DNA of 64,000 nucleotides from Oculina patagonica (Eukaryota): NCBI RefSeq assembly GCF_052425735.1, contig NC_135759.1, positions 46,314,001 to 46,378,000 of the forward strand, read 5' to 3'. Shown piece by piece: positions 11,108 to 22,902 of this stretch (position 1 is its first letter; each line of letters starts with the position of its first letter). The notes under the pieces were generated by a model. It saw only the letters and a program-made list of their open reading frames with translations, ran no database searches and was not told where the DNA came from. The position numbers and the translations under genes were made by a program.

Positions 11108-14100
11108 ATGACACTAATATTTATTATTTTAATTATCGTCTCACTGAACGAAGGTGAGTGTTTTTTGTGTTGGGTAATACTGTAATTAGCATTCACTGTA
11201 CAGATAAATTAAAATAACTATATGTATTGAATCATACACCTCAGGAACTGTAAGCGTATGAAGCTTTATTTCTGTCCAGTCTGCATAGCCGAGAAACCTT
11301 GTTTAGTACAGTGTTGACTGTGTTGTTTCTTACATTGCCCTTGGTAACAACGACAAAACGTGTTATTTATACCCCGAGGCGGTTGCCATGCCATCGGCTA
11401 AAAACTAATTCTTAAAAAGATCCCTAATACTTCAACAATGAGTCTTTTACCACAGATATTTAAGGTGAACTTTGATAACGAAAACACACCTTTTGCTATA
11501 AATGTCTCGACTGTCTTTCAATTCATTTTCGACTTTCTGTTTCGCTGGTTGTTTGAATTCTTTTTCAACTCACTGTTTTCGTTAGTTGTTCGAGGATCAT
11601 TTTGCCGCAATAAAATGAGACCGGGATAGATTAACAATGATAGATATCAGTTATATTATAGAACAAAAGTGGATATTAACTTGAGTTAATTAAGCTTTTG
11701 ATAAGTAAACAAAATTGCTACTAATCCTTAATAATTTCATTTTTATGGCAAATTTCTGAACCGTGACATTATTATCATATATCATTGCCCTGGTCGTGCA
11801 TTAAATTTATTAGCCTTTCATGACATCCGTCACGTCATAGTTACAAATTAAATTTGTCACAAAAACCCAACACATTTTGTTGCATTCTCGTACCTCGAGT
11901 CTTCGTCCCTTCTGCGCAGGCTCGCTCGTTTCCTGACCGCGGGTCAAAGGGAACGAAGACCCTGGGTACGAGGACGATTTTGTTGTTGTTATCAACCAGA
12001 AATTGTCTTCCTTATTTCAAATCAGGATTAGACATAATAAAAACAAACGTTCACTGGCTAAAAATATTAAAAACAATGAGCTTTCGGCTGTCGCTCTACA
12101 GCCTTCGACGGATAAAAAATTGAATACAAAATGGATAAAATATATACAAGAAAGGTGTGATAAAAAGAAAATAATGAAAAACAAAAGCGAAGTAAAAATG
12201 TGCTAATTAAGAGGCTATTTTTTAAAAAGAATACAATGGCTGCGGTCACATCTAGACTGCTAACTATAGTTAGGACGGCGTTTACTATAGTTAGCTATTT
12301 CGGTAATGTGACCGCTTCTCTGTTCGTCCTTACTATAGTTAGAAAATTTACGCCTCGCTGATCCAAAACAATACACACTAACTATAGTTATACCCAAGCA
12401 AGGTTCATGGGTTAGTCTTAAGCTGACAAACGAAAAACCAATCAGAATGCGACAATTCTTTTCGCACGTGCGAGATGAACATAAATTTGCAAAACAAAGC
12501 GTCAAGGGAAGGAAAACAAGAAAAACAACATGCCAAGAAATTACATAACATCAATGTTAGCAAAAATTAAGCTCGAATTCTTTATTTTGTTTTTATAATA
12601 TATAACTAGTTAAACTTTAGTTATGCACCTATCAATGTTAAGTCCGAGGAAGGGGGGGGGGGGGTCGGGCTAACCACGGGAATTTGATCGTGAGGTAGGT
12701 CACCAGGGTAGGGATTTTGATCGTACGTGATGGCCCCAGGAAAGGGATTTTGGTCATATATAGAAGGTTTGAAGGACATCTGACCACCTTTCATGGGGAT
12801 TTTGACCAATTATTTTGTCCCGGGGGTGGGGAATTTGACATTTTTTATAGAAAATGTCAAAATCCCCACCCCTTACCCGGCCCCCCCTCGGGCTTAACAT
12901 TGATAGGTGCATTACGTCGTAGTTGTGACCGCAGCCAATATGGGCTTGGAATGGGCTTTGAGTTATTGTCAGCATGCTTAGTAGCAGAGGTGAGCCAAGC
13001 TTCCAAAATTTTTCTAATACGAAAAGAGCCTTTGTCAATAACACTAGAGTTTTCAAAGTCTATGCGATGGTCGAATGACCACGCATGTTTTGCAATGTTT
13101 GAGCCATTCGCACAGGTTTTTGCTTTCCTGATATGTTCTTTTTTGCGGGTTTCAAAACAACGGCCGGTTTCACCCACATAGCACCAATCACAATCAGCAC
13201 AAGGAATTTTGTACACCACATTTGGTTGTTGTTCGACTGGTGGTCTAAATTTAGGGGATGGGAATTCTTGTTGTAAGTCTTGTGGGGTTTATTAATAACT
13301 TAATGTCGTGCTTTCGAAGAATCCTTGTTAGTGGTTGCGTGACACCATTGATGAATGGAAGTACAGCGTAAGTGTTGGAATGCTCCTGAGGCGCAGCCCA
13401 TTTAAAAAACATATGGACAAGTTCTTCTGATGAAGGGATGGCATGTCTTGTTGGATTGGAGAATTTCTTCTTTAGGATGTTAGAAATAATATCGGACGGA
13501 TAGTTGTTAGCTCGTAGGGCATCAGTGACGTGATTGATTTCAGTATTTTTCCCTTGGGCTGTGCTAGGGAGTTTAGTTGCCTGGTGTAAGAGGGTCTCAG
13601 CTGTGCTAATCTTATGGCTTTTGTCATGGTGAGAATAAAAGTCTAAATATCTGTCGGTGTGGGTTATTTCTAACATCCTAAAGAAGGCTTAAAAATAGCC
13701 TCTTAATTAGCATATTTTTACTTCGCTTTTGTTTTTCATTATTTTCTTTTTATCACACCTTTCTTGTATATATTTTATCGATTTTGTATTCAATTTTTTA
13801 TCCGTCGAAGGCTGTAGAGCGACAGCCGAAAGCTCATTGTTTTTAACATTTTTAGTCAGTGAACGTTTGTTTTTATTATGTCTAATCCTGGCTGCGGGGG
13901 AAATGATCGATGATAGTCCTTAACAACACTGAGTCCTTTTCACGACTATTTTCATACATAAGTGCTGTTGTTATATTTACTAATAGGTCCGCAAACTTAG
14001 TTTTGTTGTGTTGTTTTTATTAGTTTCCAGTTTACTCTGTTATTCATGCAAAAGCAAGGCATCATGGGACGAGTGTACGCGGCAGCAGTCCAAAGTGTTC

Positions 14101-14358
14101 TGTTCAGGCGCTGATCAATGTTTAAACCTTCACTATGAGCCTTCGAGTGGTGGAAATATGTACAAAAAAGGTTGCGCTGTCTCGAGCCAGTGTTCATCGA
14201 CTACAAGACCAGAGTGCAAGACTTTGGGATCACATAAGAAGTGTGATGCTTTGTGCTGCAGCGAGGAACTGTGTAACAACAGCAACTTGATCATTGAAAG
14301 TAAATTTGGGATAGCAATGTCATTAGGTTTATTTCTCATTTCACATCTTATTTTGTAG
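11108..14358 (+). CDS. Ly6/uPAR (three-finger) domain protein 4, putative GPI anchor
   Basis: Exon1 11108-11153 MTLIFIILIIVSLNE+G (gtgagt); exon2 14024-14358 after tttattag: VSSLLCYSC...LCCSEELCNNS, 12 Cys, tail FGIAMSLGLFLISHLIL. The intron is expanded by a Penelope insertion. Confidence 0.88.
12238..12936. mobile_element. Non-autonomous DNA transposon with 3-bp AAT TSD, inserted in the Penelope ORF end
   Basis: TIR ggctgcggtcaca ... tgtgaccgcagcc; AAT at 12235-12237 and 12937-12939; excision restores the PLE C-terminus NNSKPIPSPYCILFKK*. Confidence 0.85.
12624..12911. mobile_element. PIF/Harbinger-type MITE (TTA TSD) nested in the previous element
   Basis: TIR tgcacctatcaatgttaag ... cttaacattgataggtgca; TTA at 12621-12623 and 12912-12914. 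Confidence 0.85.
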
Positions 14359-14619
14359 CATATGGGCTGTAGTATTCTACTACCGATGGTAGTCCAGTCC
14401 CTGAACTCGCTCTTCCGCGCGCTATATAGGGGCGCCTGGGTTCAGCCCGTAAGTAGGGTGGGGAGGGAGAGGCCAGGAGGCTTAAGAGAGGGGCACTTCT
14501 TTTAAATCATAACTTATATACGTTATAAAGTGGAGTTCTTTATATTTTAGTGGCGAATTACGAAAATGTGTAATAAAAATAAAAAGTTAATGAGGTGGTT
14601 AATAACTTTAAAAGACAAC

Positions 14620-15460
14620 CTCTACCTTGTGTCATTCCTCAAGGTACAATCCTTGGTCCTCTTCTCTTTCTACTCTATATAAACGATTTGCCTGTCTCTC
14701 TAATTTACAACCTACGATGTATGCAGATGATACGCACTTGACGTTTGCCAGTGAAGATATTACGCATTTACAAGAAAGTGTGAATAAAGATTTAACTGAA
14801 GTCAATGAATGGCTAACTTCAAGTCAACTCATTGTTAATAAGTCGAAGATCGAGTCTGTGTTGCTAGAATCCAGGCAAAAGTTGGATGCTTTCAGTAGAC
14901 CACCGTCTTTTACAATTGGTAATGATCCTATAAAGCAGGTTGGATTCAAGAAATCTCTTTGTGAAAACATTTTACAAAAAGATTGCCTCTGGCGTTGGCA
15001 TCTTGAAACGAAGCAGGTTTTTTGTCCCTTTCTTAAACTCACTAATAATTCATCAAGTTAAAACATAGAAAATCATTACCATGAAGGAAGTTTGGATAAC
15101 CCGTCTTAATTAGCATAGACTTTTACGATTTTTTTTCTCCTTATTTTACTCCGTAGGTTTTGTTTTGATTGAGAATCACTCGAGACAGTGTTTCAAAACA
15201 CCTCGAATTTCGTCAAAAATACTCCGCTGCGCGTCGTATTTTCAACTCTCTTCTCGTTGTTTGGAGATCCCGCGATAAAACACTGTAGCTCGTGTTTGAT
15301 CATATACTACTTAAACGTGCAGCCCCATTTTGGTTATTGTAGTATCGTATGGGGGGAACCGCAACAAAACATGTCACTAAACTTCAAAAACTACAAAATC
15401 GCGCTGCGCGAATCCTGACCTCTTCTTCCTATCATGCCAATACTGACGATCTCTTTGCAA
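14620..15460 (+). mobile_element. Degenerate CR1/L2-type LINE reverse transcriptase remnant
   Basis: PQGTILGPLLFLLYIND and PTMYADDTHLTF motifs across frameshifts; QPHFGYCSIVWG downstream. Confidence 0.75.
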
Positions 15461-15642
15461 GACTTGGCTGAAAAAAAAAAAAAAAACTAGATGTCCAACG
15501 AAAATAATCAAAACTGACTCGTATCTCTTTCGTGATTTCCATAAAAGGATTGCAAAGAAATTTACTTGGTCTCCTACTGCGAGCGTCCCCAGCTTGCCGC
15601 ATGCGTCACACATAATTTGCACAGACTTCAGAGTAAAACAAA

Positions 15643-18128
15643 ATGAGTTTACCGGGAAAAATCTTAGTTTTTCTCCTCGCAACAAATGTTGGCTGTAAGT
15701 CAGTTAGTACAGTCTAATATTACCTTTCGGGTGACTTTAAATCAATTTTTTAAAAAGGTGTATTAAGAGATGCAAACACTTTGTTCCGATTATACATTAA
15801 CCTCAACATCTGTTTCCAAATTCGTGCTAGACAATTGAACGTCAGAAATGGCGAGAGCCGACTGTATTCAATTTCTGGTAAATTCATCAACTCGCTTTTC
15901 TTCAGGCGTAAAAACAAGTATCGTTTTGCTGTCTCAGTTTAGCTTTTGCTTGTTGAAGCTTGTTCAGTTTTACAAAAACGAGCTTTCAATCAGACTCACT
16001 CAAAGTATCTCAGATCATATCGCCTACTGTCTGACTAAACTGATTGTTAGCGCAAATTCAAAACAAAACACTCTACCTGAAAATAATGAATGCATCACTG
16101 TTAACAGAGAAGAAATTTGCGCGTTCAGTTGATAAAAAGGAATCCTTTTATACCGTGATTATGTTTCAGTAACATACCGGGAAAAAAAATTATCCACCCC
16201 GAATACGTTCAGCTCAGTTTTAACCGTGTCAAACTAAAAAGCAATCATTGATTTTCAATATCTGTTTGAATACATTATATGGTCCATGTATATGCATCCC
16301 AATGAAAGCATTTTAAATTTTGTGATCGAGCGAAGAAATAAACTACGTTTATTTCTGTCACGGTAAAATACTACTGATAATAACAAAATGAAGAAAAATG
16401 AAGAAATAAAATAGGTAAAGGAGAAAATGCAAACCACAAATTCTTCCTAGAAAAATTACATTATTAACTGAATCGCTTCAAGGATATTTTTTCTGTAAGG
16501 TCACGGACAGGAGTTAAATTGCTATAAGTGTGCCAGCGGACTATCATGGAGGGAATGCGCGTACAACCAACTGGAAACAAAGTGCAGCAGAGAAAATGAC
16601 AAATGCATCACGATTGAACTCCGAGGGAAGTATGGGGAGAGTGGCTTTGTCAGGTGGGTAGGGTGCCCGGGGGGTTTCTCGCATATGAAAGGGATGCGGA
16701 TGCTCGTCGTCCCGCTTAGGGGTGTAAATTTCGGATTTTTGGTCTCGCTTAGGGTGCTCCGGGCAAAACACCAATAATTTTTAGCTATAATGGTCTCGTT
16801 TAGGGTTGCACACGAAAAAATATACAAATACAAATTCTATTCTTAGTTTTTTGGTATCTTTTAGGGGTCAACAAAAGCTTGAGCCACACCCAGATTAGTC
16901 TCTTTTAGGGGTTCTTTTCAAATTTCCGACGAGCATCCCTGTCACTTTCATATAGGAGTCCCCCCTAGGGTAGGGAGAGTGATTAGAGGATTGATCTCGC
17001 ATTCCCACTCGTTCAAGTATGATTTAATAAAGAGTTACTCAATTTTGCTCGAAGAGCACAAAGCATTTACACCCCAACAACGGAAGTCTTATATAATGAC
17101 ATACGTTAGACTTAGCAGAAACACAATAAATTAAACTAGTAATACGTGACTCGCAGAGCCTCGCGAAGGGATTTTTTGAAGTTGAACATTTTATATATTT
17201 TTTTTTCCACAGTAGGGAGGAAAATATATTTTTTAAAAATTAGTAACGGGCAGGCCCCCACCCCTGTTCCCGGGTTTCTTTGGGGCTTTAGTTGTAAAGA
17301 GGTATAATGGAGGGGTTTTTAAAATTAATTTTTTTTTTTAAATTTTTTAAGGAAAAAAAAAAAAAAAAGAAAAGAGAAGACCCCCCCCCCCCCCCCCCCG
17401 GGGGAGAGGGNNNNNNNNNNNNNNNNNNNNNNNNNNNNNNNNNNNNNNNNNNNNNNNNNNNNNNNNNNNNNNNNNNNNNNNNNNNNNNNNNNNNNNNNNN
17501 NNNNNNNNNNNNNNNNNNNNNNNNNNNNNNNNNNNNNNNNACTTCTATGGTCAAAATTAAGCAAAGACCTGAAAAACTCGCCGACTGTGGCTGCCTTCAA
17601 AATTAAAATTGGAAAACTCAATCTAACGGACTACGTGGAGAACAATAGTAACTGCTGCAAACTCTGTAGCGCTTAAGACATTGTAAATATAAGTTTTTAG
17701 TTAAGTATTTTAAATAATTTTTAGCTTAGCATTATTAATAGTATTTTAGGAATTTTAATTGTGTCCCCAATTAGTCCATAAGGGCTAAACACACAGAAAT
17801 AAAGTTTTTATCTTATCTTAATTCCTAACAGAAACTATTCGGTAAAAGAATTCGGACATATCCCAAAAGGAGTTGAGCCTGGGAGAACTCGTTCCACTTC
17901 TTTTTCCGTATAGTTTGGGTTACTTACTCTAAAAACGTTTTATTTTATCTCAGAGACTGTGTGGATAAGTCGACCTGTAACAAAGAAGACTTGGTCCAGT
18001 GCCAGCAGGCAGAGGAATGTGATTTTGACTGCTGCAATGGTGACCTCTGTAATGCTTCCCCAAACACACAAGCCAGCGGTGTACTGCTTATGTCATGCGC
18101 GTTAAGTCTTTTGTACATTGCAAACTGA
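15643..18128 (+). CDS. Ly6/uPAR (three-finger) domain protein 5, putative GPI anchor; three coding exons, missed by the ORF track
   Basis: Exon1 15643-15694 MSLPGKILVFLLATNVG+T (gtaagt); exon2 16500-16653 HGQELNCYKCASGLSWREC...GESGFV(R); exon3 17954-18128 DCVDKSTC...DCCNGDLCNASPNTQASGVLLMSCALSLLYIAN*. Phases are compatible and there are 12 Cys in the domain. The second intron spans an assembly gap. Confidence 0.85.
17411..17540. other. Assembly gap (130 N)
   Basis: Run of N, preceded by homopolymer-rich low-quality sequence. Confidence 1.
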
Positions 18129-18374
18129 CATATTTCTTTGAACTGCAGAGACTCTGACTCATCAGCTCTTATCATAACTGTAGCTTTAGTTTACAAGGTT
18201 GGCAGACTCGATACGAGGCCTGTAAAACTTTCTTAGAGACTGAGGGATACAATTGTACTTTTCTAGTTCAAAATAAAGATCAAAGATGCTAGTTTGTTGT
18301 TAGTTGTCAGCCAATTAACAGTAAAGTTCTTATACAATCATCTATTGGTTATAGCCATACTCTTGATGGGAATG

Positions 18375-18726
18375 TTTACATGTATCATGACTCAGTGCAA
18401 CTTTCTCTTTCAATTATGGAGAATTATATGTTCTGGAAAATATTACCGAAAATATCATGCTTTACTTTGTTCATTCATCACGTCCTTTTCAGTCTGGGTT
18501 CCCTTTAGGTTAGTTAGCGTATGTAACTAAAAAGAAGAAAAAACTTTGTCTTTACATGTATCATGACTCAGTGCAACTTTCTCTTTCAATTATGGAGAAT
18601 TATATGTTCTGGAAAATATTACCGAAAATATCATGCTTTACTTTGTTTATTCATCACGTCCTTTTCAGTCTGGGTTCCCTTTAGGTTAGTTAGCGTATGT
18701 AACTAAAAAGAAGAAAAAACTTTGTC
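18375..18726. repeat. Tandem duplication of a 176-bp unit
   Basis: 18375-18550 and 18551-18726 are identical except for one substitution seen (ttgttcattc / ttgtttattc). Confidence 0.95.
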
Positions 18727-18806
18727 TTCTCCTTTAACAAACTTTATTATCAACTGTTTCACACTTTTTCCCTCATCATTCATTATATAATAAGTCCTAC
18801 AATTTA

Positions 18807-19517
18807 CAGCAAGGCGCCCAAAAGTGTGACCACTTTTAATTTATTCACATTCTTTTGTGCAGATTTAATCCAATCAGAAGTCAACTGCAAGCTATCCACA
18901 GCTTTTGATTGGATTACCGTATTTACTCGAATAAGCGCCGCCCCCGAATAAGCGCCGCCCTCGAATAAGCTCCGCAGCTGGGTCCAAAATGTTAATAAGC
19001 GCCACCCCCGAATAAGCGCCGCCCTCGAATAAGCGCCCCAGTTGGGTCCAAAAAGTTAATAAGCACCGCAGTACCGATGCGGCGCTTATTCGATGAATTT
19101 GTTAAAACAACACTACAAAGCAACTCTAAAACAAACTTGGAAGTTTCTTTCCAGCAAAAGCGATGTTTTGCAGTTCAAAGTGATTGTTTTACCGCTCGCC
19201 AATTAGTTTTTATATCTAACATACATAGTTCTGTAAATGTTGTGAAGGCCGCAAACTTTGCCAGGACACCAAGCGCCACTTCTCCCTTCAGCAAGAGACA
19301 AATACTGAGAACCAAAAGACACTATTTTCAATAACTGTAAAAGATTAGATTATTTCTGGCGGCTTAATTTTAAATAAGCGCCGCCCTCGAATAAGCGCTG
19401 CATTTGAGGCGCAAAAAATCAAATAAGCGCCGCGGCGCTTATTCGAGTAAATACGGTAAATCTGCACGAAAGAATGTGAATAAATTAAAAGTGGTCACAA
19501 TTTTGGGCGCCTTGCTG
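18807..19517. mobile_element. Tc1/mariner-type palindromic MITE (TA TSD) interrupted by a second MITE
   Basis: ta|cagcaaggcgcccaaaa ... ttttgggcgccttgctg|ta with long inverted arms. Confidence 0.85.
18917..19456. mobile_element. Tigger/pogo-type MITE (TA TSD)
   Basis: ta|ccgtatttactcgaataagcgccgc ... gcggcgcttattcgagtaaatacgg|ta with subterminal aataagcgcc repeats; an older copy lies at about 22494-23778. Confidence 0.85.
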
Positions 19518-19553
19518 TAATGGCATGACGTAAAAAAAGATTACCATTTTTTT

Positions 19554-19776
19554 GGTGTGCGACAAATGCAGACTGCAGACCTGCAAGACTGGCACTTCGG
19601 TTAGCCTGAATAACCGTTCCAGTTAGCCTGAAATGCACTCAAGTTAGCCTGAACAACGTTCCAGTTAGCCTGAATAGCGATCCAGTTAGCCAGTTTACCG
19701 TTACGAGCTCTCAATTGTGGTAATGGTAACACAAAAAAACACAAAACAGTCTGCTGGTCTGCATTTGTCGTACACC
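19554..19776. mobile_element. Small MITE with internal gttagcctgaa repeats
   Basis: TIR ggtgtgcgacaaatgcagac ... gtctgcatttgtcgtacacc; about 21-bp internal tandem repeats at 19600-19690. Confidence 0.7.
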
Positions 19777-20084
19777 GATCTTTTTTTGGTCTTTTGTGGC
19801 ACACAATAAGTGCTACTGACCAAATGGTTCTAAGACGAGACAGTAGTGCGTACACCACACATCAATTTACATGTTTGTAAGTAGAACTGCTCTTTTGTGT
19901 AGTTTTCTTCTTATGATGGGTCAGGTAAAACACTTGCCTTCATGCCTCATTAGATGATTAAGTATTGACGGTGACAAAGTTCATCATTTTCCAAACATCA
20001 AACATACAGTAATAACTGTGTAAATCCTTTCCACAATATCATTGACCAATGTTCCTCAGTGATTTTGTTTGGAGTCATTGTACA

Positions 20085-22419
20085 TTATTTAAGGAGGTTT
20101 TCCACAAATTGTCGAAGTTGCTCTTTTTCTATAAGTCCAGTAAAGTTGTCAACAACTTTTCCATTTTTTATTGCTAAAACAGTGGGAATCCCTCTAACCT
20201 GCGGGGAAAAAGTGATGTAGGGAGGGTTCAAATGTTATATTAATTACATCAACACTTGAAGCTAACTAAGTAAAAAAAGTTTCTTTCTTTTTCTTTTTTC
20301 TAATGGCAATTATGTTTAAAAGTAAAACTGTATGAAAATCTTTCAATAAAATGTTACCAAAGGCCAGCTTTAACTTGGTGTAAATTTTTGCCCCGTCAGA
20401 GTGGAAAAGGGCCAATATCCAAATAAATCTACAGTAAGTTGCCTGGAAAATTTAGAATAGCCTTGAAAAAACTGTTATCTACATGTAGTTTTAATTATTA
20501 GTCCAGTTTAAAGCTTTTGTACTTGCTACTCTACTTTGAACTTGCTAGTATAGTTTGTGTTTGTAATCTAGATTGTACTTGTAAAACAAGTTTGTACTTG
20601 TTACTGTTAGTTATGATTTGGTTTTAATTTATAATACTCTATTTCCAATAAGCACCCTGTTTCTTAACCCTATCCAGACCGGGGGGGGGGGGGGGCGGAA
20701 AGTGCCCGCGCCGACTTTGAACGCTTATAACTTTTTTAATATTCAACCAAACGCTGCCAAACTTTGAGACTTTATCTAAAATTTATCTAGGAATAATTTG
20801 GTAGGGTAGGTTGTTGTGTCAGAAACTTGACGTCACCATGGCAATGGCATTTTGACAGGCATGTTTTCCCAAATTTGTAATTTTCCTGTTTCTATTAATG
20901 AAAAATAACTTTAAAGCAATTATTTTCATCTGTTTACGGGTTTTAAGCACAGTTTTATTGGTTTTGAGTATTTTCCAGTAATTTTGGGCGGTTTTCTGAC
21001 GTTTTGAAAAAATTCGAAATCCAAGATGGCGGATCCAAGATGGCGGCTGTTTTGACATTATGATGTCATTGTCACATGATTTGACGTCATCATCCCACGT
21101 GACATATAGTAAAAGATAGATTTTGGGACATACTATATATCCTGTAAGTTTCATTGTGATTGCTTAAATATTCTGGAAGTTACGGAGGGGGGCGGAATCC
21201 GCCCCCCCCCCCCCGGGTCTGAAAAGACCAAAAAAAGCCCGGTCTGAATAGGGTTAAATTAGTGTCTCTCCGAATGTGTCTTTGTTAATAGGTGTCCTAT
21301 CCCAATAAGCAGGCTTCAGTTCTGCTTCAATTCCAGCACTATCTGAGTACACTGAGATCATCCATAATTTACCATCCTTCTAATCTGCTCATTTCATTTC
21401 CACACAACAAAAGAACTTAATGTCATTTAAGTGTCTCAACTGTTCTTTTCATGTGAGAGCCCAACTCCTTCAAACAAACGATCTATAGTTTTATTCATTC
21501 AGATGTTTATCATGTCAAAACAAAGAAAGAATTGTGTCCTTTCCCTAATAAGCCCCCACCCTATCACCAAGAGCTCCCAAACAAAATAATTGCCCAAGCA
21601 ATAAATCGAATCATGGCAGTAATCTAGTTTGTACTTGCTTGGTAACCTACAGTGTTCTTGATAGTCTACATTCAGTATTTGCCAGTACTTACTTCATATT
21701 GCATAGCCAGATCAGGATTTTGATCAACATCAACTTTAGCAAGTTCAAGCAGTCCATCCTTTTCGCCTACAATGGCATCCAACTTTGGAGTAAGTGCTTT
21801 ACAAGGAGTACACCAGCTATAAGAAAAGACAAAATGATTGGCCAAAATTTATACGTTTTCGCCAGTTTTTATTGCGGTTTTCAGTGAAATGCGAACTCAG
21901 AAATTCAAAATCCAACAAACGATTGCGTTTTTTGCTGTTGTCAATCATAATTATGGCGACAGCTAACGAACCATGAAAAACAGAAACAAACAAAATGGAT
22001 CGAAATCTACCAATCACAACCTAAAGACTTGACCTTTTGACCCGATTGAAGTGAACTTCGGTTTCCCGAGAGGTCCGCTAAGATGATTGGCAGCAGCAAA
22101 AAGCATACAAAATAATTATTATCACGCGTGTGCTAGATTTGAATAGGTTGCCATGGTAACTAAACAGACACAACAGAGAAACGTGTCTGAAACCTACAAC
22201 TGCAAAATGCTTTTAAATCAAACTTAAGAATTCATACTCAGCATGGAAGTCCACAAGGACAGGTTTTGTTGCAGCAAGAACTCTTTTTTGAAAGTCATCA
22301 CTGTCCTTCACTTCAAAGGGGGTTCTGAAAAATGATGTTGTAGTAATGTGTGCTGATGTTCCAGAGAGATACTTTGGTGAAAATAAAGCCCTGTGGTGTG
22401 ATGTCAAACGATGAGCCAT
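20085..22419 (-). CDS. TXN2: Mitochondrial thioredoxin (thioredoxin-2-like)
   Basis: Exons 22419-22238 (MAHRLTSHHRALFSPKYL... transit peptide; FQKRVLAATKPVLVDFHA), 21816-21693 (D-WCTPCKALTPKL...AKVDVDQNPDLAMQYE) and 20198-20085 (VRGIPTVLAIKNGKVVDNFTG...LLK*). GT-AG junctions with matching phases. Confidence 0.92.
20668..21253. mobile_element. piggyBac-type MITE
   Basis: ttaa|ccctatccagaccggg ... cccggtctgaataggg|ttaa (TTAA TSD, CCCT termini). Confidence 0.85.
22147..22160. promoter_or_regulatory. Candidate RFX X-box
   Basis: gttgccatggtaac matches the X-box consensus GTNRCC-AT-RGYAAC; lies in a TXN2 intron and not in a recognisable TE. Confidence 0.4.
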
Positions 22420-22902
22420 CCTGAAGGCAGCTGTCAAAATACAAGTACTTAATTAGCCATGTCAACAACATAGTGGCTCGGTTTTGCTATCATATTTACT
22501 TGAATAAACGCCAGGACATTTAGGACAAAAATGGTAATAAGCGCTGCCCCCGAATAAGTGCCATGTTCCCGATATGGCGCTTATTCAAGGAATTCTGTAT
22601 AACTAAAAAAAGTACTACAAAGTAACTCTAAAACAGCTTGGAAATTTCTTTTCATCAAAAGCGATGTTCTTCTGTCAGTTTAAAATGATTATATTTCACT
22701 ACTCGCCCATCAAGTCCTCTATCAAGGTTTATTGCAATAGGTAATTCTGTAGTGAAGGTGTTTACAATTTTAGTGACATTTGTTAAAGTGCCAATGGTGA
22801 CAATCAAAAGATGCTTCTGTTAGTTACTGTAAAATTTTTGTATAGATAGAAAATATACTGTTAATTAAAAGAAAATATTTCATTGTGGTGTCCAATTTTT
22901 AA

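Larger units (their letters stand above)
12022..13889 (-). mobile_element. 5'-truncated Penelope-like retroelement (RT C-terminus plus GIY-YIG endonuclease) with inverted pLTR
   Basis: ORF pieces THTDRYLDFYSHH...VLPFINGVT (13251-13676) and VYKIPCADCDWCYVGETGR...KEH...IAKH...RKILEA (13219-12940) fit PLE RT thumb and GIY-YIG. About 200-bp inverted repeat 12022-12222 versus 13690-13889. Confidence 0.9.

Noticed and set aside
15848-16132. 94-aa ORF as first exon of Ly6 gene 5
   Set aside because: No signal peptide and wrong splice phase; 15643-15694 fits instead.
17200-17410. Poly-A/C/G runs and ORFs spanning N
   Set aside because: Gap-edge artefact.
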